Part shown: in pieces, positions 14,903-23,915 of the stretch
Position numbering within the stretch: the stretch's first letter is position 1
Layout: each line of letters starts with the position of its first letter
Sequence record: SRR20825015_537
DNA: 26,378 nucleotides
Direction: 5' to 3' (one strand)
Position numbers and translations under genes: made by a program
The notes under the pieces: generated by a model
Told to the model about the DNA's origin: nothing
The model's input: the letters and a program-made list of their open reading frames with translations, nothing else
Databases searched by the model: none

Positions 14903-15496
14903 ATGGTACGATTCATGATCGCTTTTTTTGTTGCTGCTCTCATGGGCCTGCCAATGGCGCAGGCGGCGGAAGGCAGTAGGCCGGCGCCAGGCTTCGAAAC
15001 CCAGGCGCCCGACAGGCAGGCGCGCCTCAATGCGCTATTCCTTGATCTCAAGAAAGAAACCAACGAACGCGCCGCGCGTCGCATTGCGCTGCGAATTGGC
15101 GAAACGTGGGCCAATTCAGGCAGTGATACCGCGAATCTGCTCATTGGCTGGGCGAACGATGCCATCAAGGCGGAGAAGTTTTCCGTCGCGCTCGATTTTC
15201 TCGATCAGGTGGTCATGCTGTACCCCGACTATGCCGAGGGATGGAATCGTCGGGCCACGGTTCATTTCATGATGAACGACTATGCCCGCTCGATGGCGGA
15301 CATATCGCGCACGCTGGAGCTTGAGCCGCGCCATTTCGGCGCCCTGGCAGGAATGGCGCGCATCCTGCAGGCCACAGGCCGGCAGGAACAGGCGCTCACC
15401 GCCTATGAGCAGGTTCTGAACATCTACCCGATGCTTCGCAGTGCGCAGAACGCCGTCGCCGAAATATCTGACAAACTGGCCGGTCAGGGCATCTGA
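14903..15496 (+). CDS. Exported tetratricopeptide-repeat protein
   Basis: Signal peptide AQA-A; TPR motifs PDYAEGWNRRATVHF and LELEPRHFGALAG. Confidence 0.87.
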   Translation: MVRFMIAFFVAALMGLPMAQAAEGSRPAPGFETQAPDRQARLNALFLDLKKETNERAARRIALRIGETWANSGSDTANLLIGWANDAIKAEKFSVALDFLDQVVMLYPDYAEGWNRRATVHFMMNDYARSMADISRTLELEPRHFGALAGMARILQATGRQEQALTAYEQVLNIYPMLRSAQNAVAEISDKLAGQGI

Positions 15497-15579
15497 GAAA
15501 ACTTCAGGCGTAAAAATATCCCGTGACCTTAAACGACCGGCGGACGCGCCGGCCGGTCGTCAACACATTCAACACCGGG

Positions 15580-17016
15580 TCAGATACCGCCCAGACCGTC
15601 CGAACCGATATAGGCGATGCGCAGCATATTGGTCGCACCGGGCGTACCGAGCGGCACACCGGCCGTGACGATCACGCGATTGCCGGGCTTCGCAAACCCT
15701 TCTTGATAGGCAATGCGGCAGGCACGGTTGACCATGTCGTCCAGATCTGCCGCATCCTCTGTAACAACGCAATGCGTGCCCCAGACGAGCGACAGGCGTC
15801 GTGCGGTCTCCACCACCGGCGACAGAGCAATGATCGGCACCTGCGGCCTCTCACGAGCCGCGCGCAGGCCCGTAGTGCCCGAGGAAGTGTAGGAAATGAT
15901 CGCCGAAAGGTTGAGCGTTTCCGCGATCTGACGCGCGGCCATGGAGATCGCATCGGCGCCGGTTGGCTCTGGCTCGGTCCGCTGGCCATAAATGATGGTC
16001 GGATAGGTGGGATCCTGTTCCACCTTGGTAGCGATCGAGTTCATTGTCGCAACCGCCTCGACCGGATAGTCCCCCGCCGCAGACTCCGCCGACAGCATCA
16101 CCGCATCAGCTCCCTCGAAGACGGCGGTCGCAACATCGGAAACCTCCGCGCGGGTCGGCACAGGGGCGGAAATCATCGATTCCAGCATTTGCGTGGCCAC
16201 GACAACCGGCTTGCCTGCTCGCCGGCAGGCACGGGTGATCTGCTTCTGGATGCCCGGAACGGCCTCGAGCGGCATTTCCACGCCAAGATCGCCGCGCGCC
16301 ACCATCAGCGCATCGGAAAGCTCGATGATCTCGGCCAGGCGCTTCACCGCCTGCGGCTTCTCGATCTTGGCAAGAAGCGCAGCCCGACCGCGCGCCACCT
16401 TGCGCACCTCGGCCAGATCTTCGGGTCGCTGAATGAAGGAGAGCGCGATCCAGTCAACGTCGGAAGAAAGCACCGCATCGAGATCCTTGCGATCCTTATC
16501 CGTGAGCGCCCCCATGGGGAGGTCCGTGTCCGGCAGGCTGACGCCCTTGCGGTCGGAGATTTTGTTGCCGGCCACCACCTCACAGGTGATCGCCTTGCCG
16601 TCATTCTTGACCGCCTTGAGTTGCAACCGCCCGTCATCGATAAGCAGGCGGTGTCCCGGCTCCACCGATTTCAGGATTTCGGGGTGCGGCAAATGAACCC
16701 GCTTGTCATTGCCGGGCTCGGAATTGTCATCGAGAGTGAAGGTCTGACCGATGGAAAGCTCGACACTCTTCTCGGAAAAGGTGCCCACACGGAGCTTGGG
16801 CCCCTGCAGATCGGCCAGAATGCCGATGGGATGGCCCACCTTCTTCTCTACTGCACGGATGCGCCCCACCAGCGTGCGCATCAGATCGTGGCTAGCGTGG
16901 CTCATATTGATGCGGAACACATCGGCCCCGGCCTCGAAGAGGCGCTGGATGCTCTCTTCTTCTGAAGAAGCGGGCCCGAGTGTGGCGAGAATCTTGACCT
17001 TGCGATTGCGCCTCAT
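15580..17016 (-). CDS. pyk: Pyruvate kinase
   Basis: KILATLGPAS, FRINMSH, DLQGPKLR, AKIEK, MVARGDLGVE, ATQMLESM, PTRAEVSDV, DAVMLSAES. Confidence 0.98.
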   Translation of the reverse strand: MRRNRKVKILATLGPASSEEESIQRLFEAGADVFRINMSHASHDLMRTLVGRIRAVEKKVGHPIGILADLQGPKLRVGTFSEKSVELSIGQTFTLDDNSEPGNDKRVHLPHPEILKSVEPGHRLLIDDGRLQLKAVKNDGKAITCEVVAGNKISDRKGVSLPDTDLPMGALTDKDRKDLDAVLSSDVDWIALSFIQRPEDLAEVRKVARGRAALLAKIEKPQAVKRLAEIIELSDALMVARGDLGVEMPLEAVPGIQKQITRACRRAGKPVVVATQMLESMISAPVPTRAEVSDVATAVFEGADAVMLSAESAAGDYPVEAVATMNSIATKVEQDPTYPTIIYGQRTEPEPTGADAISMAARQIAETLNLSAIISYTSSGTTGLRAARERPQVPIIALSPVVETARRLSLVWGTHCVVTEDAADLDDMVNRACRIAYQEGFAKPGNRVIVTAGVPLGTPGATNMLRIAYIGSDGLGGI

Positions 17017-17525
17017 TGGGAGGCATCCGAATTCGTCAGCGTACTGTTGTCGGCCGGTCCGTCGGTCAAATCCACCATCCAGTTTTCCTGCTCACGCGTG
17101 TCATATTCCTGGAAGCCGGCACGCTGGAAGCCCCGCGCAAAACAATCATTGGTACCGGCAATCTTGAACTCGGTCAGTGCAACACACATCTGCACATTAC
17201 CCTCCCATCGGCCGCCGCTGGCAGCGTCCTCGGCGTAGAGGTAATAATAGCGTGATTCAAGCGGCCCCTCGATCAGGGTCTTGCAACTTGATTTCTCGAT
17301 CCGCCACCATCCCTCGCTCACCCAGCCCGAAGCTGTGCGATAGCCTATGGCGACACCAACAAGATTCTGTGTGGAGTTACAGACGCGGAAATCTGCAAAC
17401 GCCGGCGTGGGCGCGAAAACAACGCCCCCCAATCCGGCCGCTGCAGCAAGCAGAAGAGCCCACCGGCGTTTCGCGTGCGACGCCCGTCGAAGCATTTTTG
17501 AGAACCTTGAATTCGACCTGAGCAT
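17013..17525 (-). CDS. DUF1036 exported protein
   Basis: AFA-DFRVCN..., GVAIGY, W.SEGWW, RYYYLYAED, DCFARGF...GF.EYDT; overlaps the pyk start (ATGA). Exact start uncertain. Confidence 0.87.
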   Translation of the reverse strand: MLRSNSRFSKMLRRASHAKRRWALLLAAAAGLGGVVFAPTPAFADFRVCNSTQNLVGVAIGYRTASGWVSEGWWRIEKSSCKTLIEGPLESRYYYLYAEDAASGGRWEGNVQMCVALTEFKIAGTNDCFARGFQRAGFQEYDTREQENWMVDLTDGPADNSTLTNSDASQ

Positions 17526-17688
17526 ATTTTCCTTTTCGGCAATGTCCGGCCCCCTGTCAACGCGCCATTGCCTGCGAGCGCGTGTTTTCCATCACTGCCT
17601 TGCAGAACAGCGCGCATCATGAAAGGACGAGATTACGCCGTGATAGGCGCACATTTATGACCGCACCAGTTTTCCCGGGACCTGCCTG

Positions 17689-18486
17689 ATGAACGCCCTC
17701 ACCTTCACATCACCGTTTGAATTGATTCCCGGTGATCCCGCCAGGGGGCTGGTCCTGGTTGCCGACCACGCAAAGCGGGCGCTGCCTGAAACATACGGCG
17801 CGCTAGGTCTGCCGGCATCAGAGCTTGAACGTCATATTGCCTACGACATCGGCGTGGAGGCGGTGACCCGCGCCCTCTCCGCAAGGCTTGGCGTACCTGC
17901 GGTTCTGGGCGGCTTCTCAAGACTGCTCATCGATCCCAACCGCGGCATCGACGACCCGACCCTGATCAGACAGCTCTACGACGGAACGATCATTCCCGGA
18001 AACTACCCTCTGCCCCCGGAGGAGCGGCAAAACCGGATTGAACGCTTTTATCAACCCTTCCACCACGCCGTGGCCGAGGCGGTGGATGGAGTGCGGCAAA
18101 CAACCGGTGGCGCACCATTGATCATCGCCATCCACTCCTTCACGCCGTCGCTGCTCGGCCGCAAACGGCCCTGGGAGGTGGGTGTGCTTTGGGACATCGA
18201 CAACCGGGCGGCAGGCCCGCTGATTGCAGCGCTGAGAGCCGATGGCGATCTCACGGTAGGCGACAACGAACCCTATGACGGCGCCTATCCTGGCGATACC
18301 ATGCATCAGCACGCCACGACGCGAGGCTTTCCCTATGCGCTCATCGAAATTCGCCAGGATTTGATTGCCGGCCAAGACGGTGCAATCGCCTGGGCAGAAA
18401 GGCTGGCCCCGATGCTTGAAGCCATCAATACGCGGCCCGATATCCATCAGGTGAAGCACTTTGGGTCTCGAACGGATCATATGTGA
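17689..18486 (+). CDS. N-formylglutamate amidohydrolase family protein
   Basis: DHA, HIAYDIG, SRLLIDPNRG, IHSFTP, GDNEPYDG, IEIRQDLI. Confidence 0.9.
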   Translation: MNALTFTSPFELIPGDPARGLVLVADHAKRALPETYGALGLPASELERHIAYDIGVEAVTRALSARLGVPAVLGGFSRLLIDPNRGIDDPTLIRQLYDGTIIPGNYPLPPEERQNRIERFYQPFHHAVAEAVDGVRQTTGGAPLIIAIHSFTPSLLGRKRPWEVGVLWDIDNRAAGPLIAALRADGDLTVGDNEPYDGAYPGDTMHQHATTRGFPYALIEIRQDLIAGQDGAIAWAERLAPMLEAINTRPDIHQVKHFGSRTDHM

Positions 18487-18496
18487 GGGAGAAGGC

Positions 18497-18805
18497 ATGA
18501 CAACGCTGAGTGAGGAAAAAAAGCGCGACCTGGAAGCCGCCGCGTTTCGCCGTTTGATCGATCACCTGCGCGCCCGGACAGATGTCCAGAACATCGACAT
18601 GATGAACCTGGCCGGCTTTTGCCGCAATTGCTTGTCCAACTGGTACAGGGACGCCGCCGAAGCTGAAGGGATCGCGCTTTCCAAGGAGGAGTCGCGTGAG
18701 ATCGTCTACGGTATGCCCTATGCGGAATGGCGCGAGAAATATCAGACCGAGGCAAGTGCGGAACAGAAAGCGGCTTTCGAGGCCAATCGTCCGGAAGAAA
18801 GCTGA
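18497..18805 (+). CDS. DUF1244 protein
   Basis: LEAAAFRRL..HL..R.DVQNID.MNLAGFCRNCL..WY and YGMPY.EW...YQ signature. Confidence 0.92.
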   Translation: MTTLSEEKKRDLEAAAFRRLIDHLRARTDVQNIDMMNLAGFCRNCLSNWYRDAAEAEGIALSKEESREIVYGMPYAEWREKYQTEASAEQKAAFEANRPEES

Positions 18806-18942
18806 CCAACCGTCAACCTGGCAAGCAAGAGCTTCGCCCAGATCAGCAAATCCCTTGACCGATGGGGCTCTCTGGGGCATCGAACCTGCCACGCCTCAAC
18901 GCCCGACTCGCGGGCTTTCAGAACAATCGACCGGAGTTTCGC

Positions 18943-19206
18943 ATGGCCGACGACATCACGACCGAGACCGCCGACACAGTGGCCGCTGGCCAGCTTCGCG
19001 CCTTCATTGAGCGTGTAGAGCGACTTGAGGAAGACAAGAAGACCATTTCGGAGGACATCAAGGAAGTCTACGCCGAAATGAAAGCCAACGGCTTCGATAC
19101 CAAGGCCGTGCGCACAATCGTGCGCCTGCGCAAGAAGGACCAGGCCGAACGCCAGGAAGAGGAAGCCATGATCGACCTCTACAAAGCCGCACTCGGAATG
19201 GAGTGA
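18943..19206 (+). CDS. gapR: GapR/DUF2312 (UPF0335) nucleoid-associated protein
   Basis: [43 protein letters not shown]. Candidate promoter CTTGAC at 18854. Confidence 0.93.
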   Translation: MADDITTETADTVAAGQLRAFIERVERLEEDKKTISEDIKEVYAEMKANGFDTKAVRTIVRLRKKDQAERQEEEAMIDLYKAALGME

Positions 19207-19225
19207 ACCCGGCGGAAAACCGGAT

Positions 19226-19255
19226 AAAGAAAAGGGCGGCCCGAAGCCGCCCTTT
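19226..19255 (-). terminator. Intrinsic terminator, probably bidirectional, between gapR and the aldehyde dehydrogenase
   Basis: AAAGGGCGGC-CCGAA-GCCGCCCTTT stem with an A-rich left flank, giving a U-tract on the minus strand. Confidence 0.85.
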
Positions 19256-19275
19256 GCAATTAATGGCCTGTGTTC

Positions 19276-20790
19276 CTATTCGATGTCGAAGGAGACGCCC
19301 TGTGCGAGCGGCAGCTCCTTTGAGTAGTTCACCGTATTTGTCGCACGGCGCATGTAAGCCTTCCAGGCGTCGGAGCCCGATTCGCGGCCACCGCCGGTTT
19401 CCTTTTCGCCACCGAACGCACCGCCGATCTCAGCGCCGGATGTGCCAATGTTGACATTGGCGATGCCACAGTCTGAACCACGTGCGCTGAGAAATTCCTC
19501 GGCCTCACGCATATCGGTGGTGAACACGCAGGATGAAAGCCCTGCCCCCACGGCGTTGTGAAGTTCAAGCGCCTCGTCGAAATCGCTGTACTTCATCACG
19601 TAGAGGATCGGAGCAAAAGTCTCTTCAAGAACGACACCCGCCTGTTCCGGCATTTCGACCAGAGCCGGATGGGCGTAGTAGGCATCGGCATCACCGCTGT
19701 CGAAACGCGCGCCGCCAACGACCTTGCCGCCGAGCTTCTTCGCCTCTTCAAGCGCTTTCTGCATATTGTCGAATGCACCCTTGTCGATCAGGGGGCCAAC
19801 CAGCGCATCGGTCGTGAGCGGGCTGCCGACGGACACCGATTCATAAGCCTTTCGCAGACGCGGCAGGAGCGCGTCGTAGACGGATTCGTGCACGAAGAGG
19901 CGGCGCAGTGTGGTGCAGCGCTGCCCGGCGGTGCCCATGGCACCAAAGGCAATGGCACGCAGCGCCATGTCGAGATCTGCCGAAGGGCAGACAATGCCGG
20001 CATTGTTGCCACCAAGCTCCAGCAGCGCGCGGGCAAAGCGCTTTGCCAGGCGCGGACCGACTTCGCGGCCCATCCGCGTGGAACCGGTGGCCGAAACCAG
20101 CGGCACCTTCGGATGATCGACCATCACTTCCCCCACGGCGCGATCGCCAATGAGGACGGTGAGAAGATCTGCCGGCGCGTCATCTCCAAAGCGCTTGACT
20201 GCCCGTTTGAAGATGGCCTCGCAGGCAAGCGCTGTCAGGGGCGTCTTTTCGGACGGTTTCCAGACGACGCTGTCGCCGCAAACGAAAGCAAGAGCGGCAT
20301 TCCACGACCACACCGCCACCGGGAAGTTAAAGGCAGAGATGACGCCGACGACGCCGAGCGGATGCCAGGTCTCCATCATGCGATGTCCGGGGCGCTCGGT
20401 GGCAATGGTCAGGCCATAGAGCTGCCGTGAGAGGCCGACCGCGAAATCGCAAATGTCGATCATCTCCTGGACCTCGCCGAGGCCCTCCGAGCGAATCTTG
20501 CCGACCTCGATCGACACCAGACGGCCCAGGTCGTCCTTTGACGCGCGCAGTTCCTCACCAAGAAGCCGCACCAACTCGCCGCGCCGCGGCGCGGGCACAT
20601 TGCGCCATGTCTTGAAAGCCTCTTGGGCGCGCTCGATAGCAGCACCGGTCTCGTTTGCCGAGATGGAGGAGACTGCGGCGATTTCCTCGCCTGTGACCGG
20701 CGTGCGCACCGAGAGGTCGCCACCGGTAAAAGCCTTCTCGTCAACGCCGAGGCGCTTCAAAAGCTCGCGTGTTTCATTCTTGACGTTCAT
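19276..20790 (-). CDS. amaB: Aldehyde dehydrogenase family 7 (piperideine-6-carboxylate / alpha-aminoadipate semialdehyde dehydrogenase, AmaB-like)
   Basis: EGLGEVQEMIDICDFAVGLSRQ, ISAFNFPVAV, LELGGNN, GTAGQRCTT (catalytic Cys), GGGRESGSDAWKAYMRR: ALDH7-specific signatures. Confidence 0.88.
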   Translation of the reverse strand: MNVKNETRELLKRLGVDEKAFTGGDLSVRTPVTGEEIAAVSSISANETGAAIERAQEAFKTWRNVPAPRRGELVRLLGEELRASKDDLGRLVSIEVGKIRSEGLGEVQEMIDICDFAVGLSRQLYGLTIATERPGHRMMETWHPLGVVGVISAFNFPVAVWSWNAALAFVCGDSVVWKPSEKTPLTALACEAIFKRAVKRFGDDAPADLLTVLIGDRAVGEVMVDHPKVPLVSATGSTRMGREVGPRLAKRFARALLELGGNNAGIVCPSADLDMALRAIAFGAMGTAGQRCTTLRRLFVHESVYDALLPRLRKAYESVSVGSPLTTDALVGPLIDKGAFDNMQKALEEAKKLGGKVVGGARFDSGDADAYYAHPALVEMPEQAGVVLEETFAPILYVMKYSDFDEALELHNAVGAGLSSCVFTTDMREAEEFLSARGSDCGIANVNIGTSGAEIGGAFGGEKETGGGRESGSDAWKAYMRRATNTVNYSKELPLAQGVSFDIE

Positions 20791-20914
20791 GGGTGCTTCG
20801 CTCCCTGGATAATCTTTTTGCGAAACGCGGACAAATGCCGCGCGGCCAGACCGGCCCCTGCCCGGAATGTAGGGAGGGCCGCTAAGGATGGGAAATGGAA
20901 AATCGGACTGTATT

Positions 20915-20931
20915 CATGATGTAGGGTCATG
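20915..20931. promoter_or_regulatory. Putative LysR recognition site upstream of the amaB-like gene
   Basis: CATGA-TGTAGGG-TCATG dyad containing T-N11-A, 125 nt upstream of the ATG. Confidence 0.6.
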
Positions 20932-20975
20932 CAAACCAGCCTGACCGGTGGCAAGGCAACACAAGGACCACCACG

Positions 20976-21869
20976 CTAGACCTGCGCGAGAATCCATGAA
21001 ACGAAGGCGTCCGCCAGTGGGTTTTCGACACCCAGCGGCCGCACGATGAAATAGCTGTTCTGCGTCTTGAGGGCTGTGTCCCCCACCTGAACCAGAAGGC
21101 CGGAGCGCAACTCTTCTTCAATGAGGTAGGCAGGCACAAGCCCGGCCCCAAGCCCCGCAGCCGCACCGGCGATGACCATGGTGAACTGATCAAACTGTTT
21201 GCCGGGGAGCGCTGGAACGTCCTGCAGCCCGGCCTCATGCATCCAGTCACCCCAGGCTCCCGGTCTGCTCTGGAGATGAAGAAGCGGTGCGTCGAGAAGG
21301 CCTTCCGGGCCACGAACTCCGTTCATCTCCATGAATTGCGGCGAGGCAACCGCGATCATCTCCTCATCGCAGAACTTGGTTAGCTGCGCATCTGGCCAGT
21401 TGTCACGCCCGAAATGAATGGCCACGTCAAAGCGCTCGTGAGCCAGATCGAAGGGATTGATGCGTGCAGTCAGATTGATCCCGATGCCCGGATGCGCCTT
21501 CTCGAATCCCGGCAGTCGCGGGATAAGCCATCGACTGGCAAAGGTAGGCAGGCTCGCCACATTGAGCGTTGCCCCCGACATCCCGGCGGCGATGGCCCGA
21601 TGCAGGGTCTGGGTGATGCGACTGAGATCGTCCTCAAGGGCATCGGCGAGATTTTTGCCAGCCGGTGTCAGGACCACGCGCCGCCCCACACGTCGGAACA
21701 GGCTGAAGCCGAGCGCAGTTTCCATGTCGCGAATGTGGCGGCTGACAGCGCTCTGTGTCAGATTGAGCTCCTCCGCAGCCAGGGTGAAGCTCTGATGCCG
21801 CGCGGCGGATGCGAAGCTGCGCAGAACGGAGAAGGAAGGCAGAAAGCGCCGCGCAAACCTGTCCACCAT
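20976..21869 (-). CDS. LysR-family transcriptional regulator (GcvA-like)
   Basis: ARHQSFTLAAEELNLTQSAVSRHI, LPTFASRWLIPRLPGF, DVAIHFG, AAAGLGAGLVP. Start inferred at ATG 21869. Confidence 0.93.
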   Translation of the reverse strand: MVDRFARRFLPSFSVLRSFASAARHQSFTLAAEELNLTQSAVSRHIRDMETALGFSLFRRVGRRVVLTPAGKNLADALEDDLSRITQTLHRAIAAGMSGATLNVASLPTFASRWLIPRLPGFEKAHPGIGINLTARINPFDLAHERFDVAIHFGRDNWPDAQLTKFCDEEMIAVASPQFMEMNGVRGPEGLLDAPLLHLQSRPGAWGDWMHEAGLQDVPALPGKQFDQFTMVIAGAAAGLGAGLVPAYLIEEELRSGLLVQVGDTALKTQNSYFIVRPLGVENPLADAFVSWILAQV

Positions 21870-21983
21870 CGTAGAATAAAGCTCCCCTATGCGATCTGCC
21901 GCCGACTTGAATGCTTTTGACACTTATAGCCGCGCAGAGACCGAATTCACACATCCGGCCTGAAATTGATGGATTTGCGACGA

Positions 21984-23015
21984 TCAGGCTTGAGCAAGGA
22001 TGCTGCGGGCGCTCTCCTCGTCCGTGATGAAGACTGTCGGCTCAACGAGTTTCATGGCGCCGATAAGCGCTTCGATCTTGTCATCACCACCGGAAGTCAG
22101 GATGCGCATCGGCGCCCGGCGCAAACGATCGACATCAACGGACATCACACGATCGTTGATCGGATGGTCCACGAGTTGCCCATCAATATCGTAGAAGTGA
22201 TAGAGAATGTCACCGACCGCGCCCTTTTCCTCGAGAGCAGCGCGCACTGCCTCGGTCAGATAGCCTCCGCGATAAAAAGTGGTGGCGGACGCTAAGCCAC
22301 CCACCGAGACAATAACGGCGTCCAGCGTATCGGCAAGAGCGAGGATTTCATGCAGACCGCAACGCTCGACCAGAGCCGTTTTCGTTTCGACGCTGTCGAC
22401 CACGGCAGGTGCGGGAATGAGATAGCCATCGCCCTGGAAGGCGCGCGCAAACCGCCATGCGAACTCGGCGGGATTAAAACGCCGGGCAACGCCCACACCA
22501 CCGAGAAGCGAGATCACCTTGAAATCTGCCAGCGGTCGCGCTCGAATGAAGGGCAGAGAACCGAATAGCGTGCGCCCCCAGCCGACACCTACCGACATGC
22601 CGGCCGCCATCACATCTGATACGAAACTGCCGGTGGCCGCACTGATTGCGGGAATGGGGTCTGCGTTGGGGTCAGAAAGCGGCGCGACAACTGCACGCTC
22701 CAGCCCGAAGCGATCCTCCAGCGCGCGCTCGATGCGGGTTATCTCCGCAAGGTCGCCTTCGATGGTGATCTTCACTTCGTTGCGGGCGCGCGCATCGGCA
22801 AGCATCCGCACCACGCTGACCCGGCCTATACCGAGGATCTCTGCGATTTCGTTCTGCGTCTTCTGCTCGACGAAATACATCCATGCGGCACGCACGCGCA
22901 ATCGATCCGTCTTGCTGGTCACGCCTCCCCTGCCCGGCACAATCGCGATCTCCCCGGAACTGGTCGTACCGGCGGGCTGCCCAGCGGACTGTTTGCGCGC
23001 CTTCGCCTTGCTCAT
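21984..23015 (-). CDS. SorC/DeoR-family sugar-binding transcriptional regulator
   Basis: AAWMYF....TQNEIAEILGIGRVSVVRML HTH; VGVGWGRTL, GAVGDI, KIEALIGA, FITDE. AGGAAG SD before ATG 23015. Confidence 0.92.
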   Translation of the reverse strand: MSKAKARKQSAGQPAGTTSSGEIAIVPGRGGVTSKTDRLRVRAAWMYFVEQKTQNEIAEILGIGRVSVVRMLADARARNEVKITIEGDLAEITRIERALEDRFGLERAVVAPLSDPNADPIPAISAATGSFVSDVMAAGMSVGVGWGRTLFGSLPFIRARPLADFKVISLLGGVGVARRFNPAEFAWRFARAFQGDGYLIPAPAVVDSVETKTALVERCGLHEILALADTLDAVIVSVGGLASATTFYRGGYLTEAVRAALEEKGAVGDILYHFYDIDGQLVDHPINDRVMSVDVDRLRRAPMRILTSGGDDKIEALIGAMKLVEPTVFITDEESARSILAQA

Positions 23016-23171
23016 ATGGTCTTCCTGCATTTTTCCCCCGGGGCGGATACAAGCATCTGGCTTGATTTCCGGAAAGACCAAAACAATGATGTCGCCATCG
23101 GGTCAATGCCCGGTAGCAGAAAACTGATTACCCAGGGATACTACTTTATGCTCCGTGACGCCTCGCAAGAC

Positions 23172-23906
23172 ATGGCGATTCATCTCAAGGACCGCTTGCG
23201 GGACATACGAGACTTCCTGCGTTCTCACAGGCATGAGCGGCAGGCGACAGCCGCCGCAGGCAAGCACTTCAGCGACATGGAGAAACTCCTGGGGCGTGCC
23301 GCGAGCATGGTAGACGACACACTGACGCTGGCCGAAACCGCATCCCGGACCGTACTTCCAGGTGCGCAGAAACACGAACTGGTCCTATGGCCGCTCGGTG
23401 ATTATTTCAGTGATCCAAACGCTGGTGAACACGCTTTCAGGCGCCACATGTATCGTGCAGCAAAAATCCTGGCGGCCACCCTCGAGTCTGCCGGGCCCCC
23501 AGTGATTCGCGAAACCGGGTTCACCGCGGCCCATGAGGCGCTACGTCAACGGCAGGGCCACATGGTTCTGGCTCTGAAGAATGCCACCGAACACGAAGCG
23601 AAGCGTGCACTGATCGCTGGCATGCTTGCACATCTCGTTCAGGACATTTGCCGCAGCGCTTTGAGCGATCCGGCAGCGTCGCCTTCCACACAGGATGCGA
23701 AAGCAGGCATACTTGTCTTTGCACCGGGGCTCCTCGCCTCGGCGCTGATCGGGTTCGACGAGAGTCTCCCCGCTTCGGATCTGCTTGACATCGCCACGAT
23801 GGCCATTTCAGCGCGCCGGGATCGGATGGCCCGCAGCCTCGCGGCGGACCAACCGATCGCCGACCTGACGGCGGTCTTTGAAAGCCTGCTCACCCATCTT
23901 CCATAG
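23172..23906 (+). CDS. Hypothetical protein (about 244 aa, probably helical)
   Basis: Long ORF that fills the space between the SorC gene and the HPr-EI gene, with protein-like composition and no recognised motif. Start uncertain (23148 or 23172). Confidence 0.7.
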   Translation: MAIHLKDRLRDIRDFLRSHRHERQATAAAGKHFSDMEKLLGRAASMVDDTLTLAETASRTVLPGAQKHELVLWPLGDYFSDPNAGEHAFRRHMYRAAKILAATLESAGPPVIRETGFTAAHEALRQRQGHMVLALKNATEHEAKRALIAGMLAHLVQDICRSALSDPAASPSTQDAKAGILVFAPGLLASALIGFDESLPASDLLDIATMAISARRDRMARSLAADQPIADLTAVFESLLTHLP

Positions 23907-23915
23907 ACGGTGTGA

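Noticed and set aside
17657-17689. 10-codon uORF MTAPVFPGPA* overlapping the amidohydrolase start (TGATG)
   Set aside because: Weak SD, no regulatory codon run, and the main gene has its own GGGA at a suitable spacing; unsupported without conservation data.
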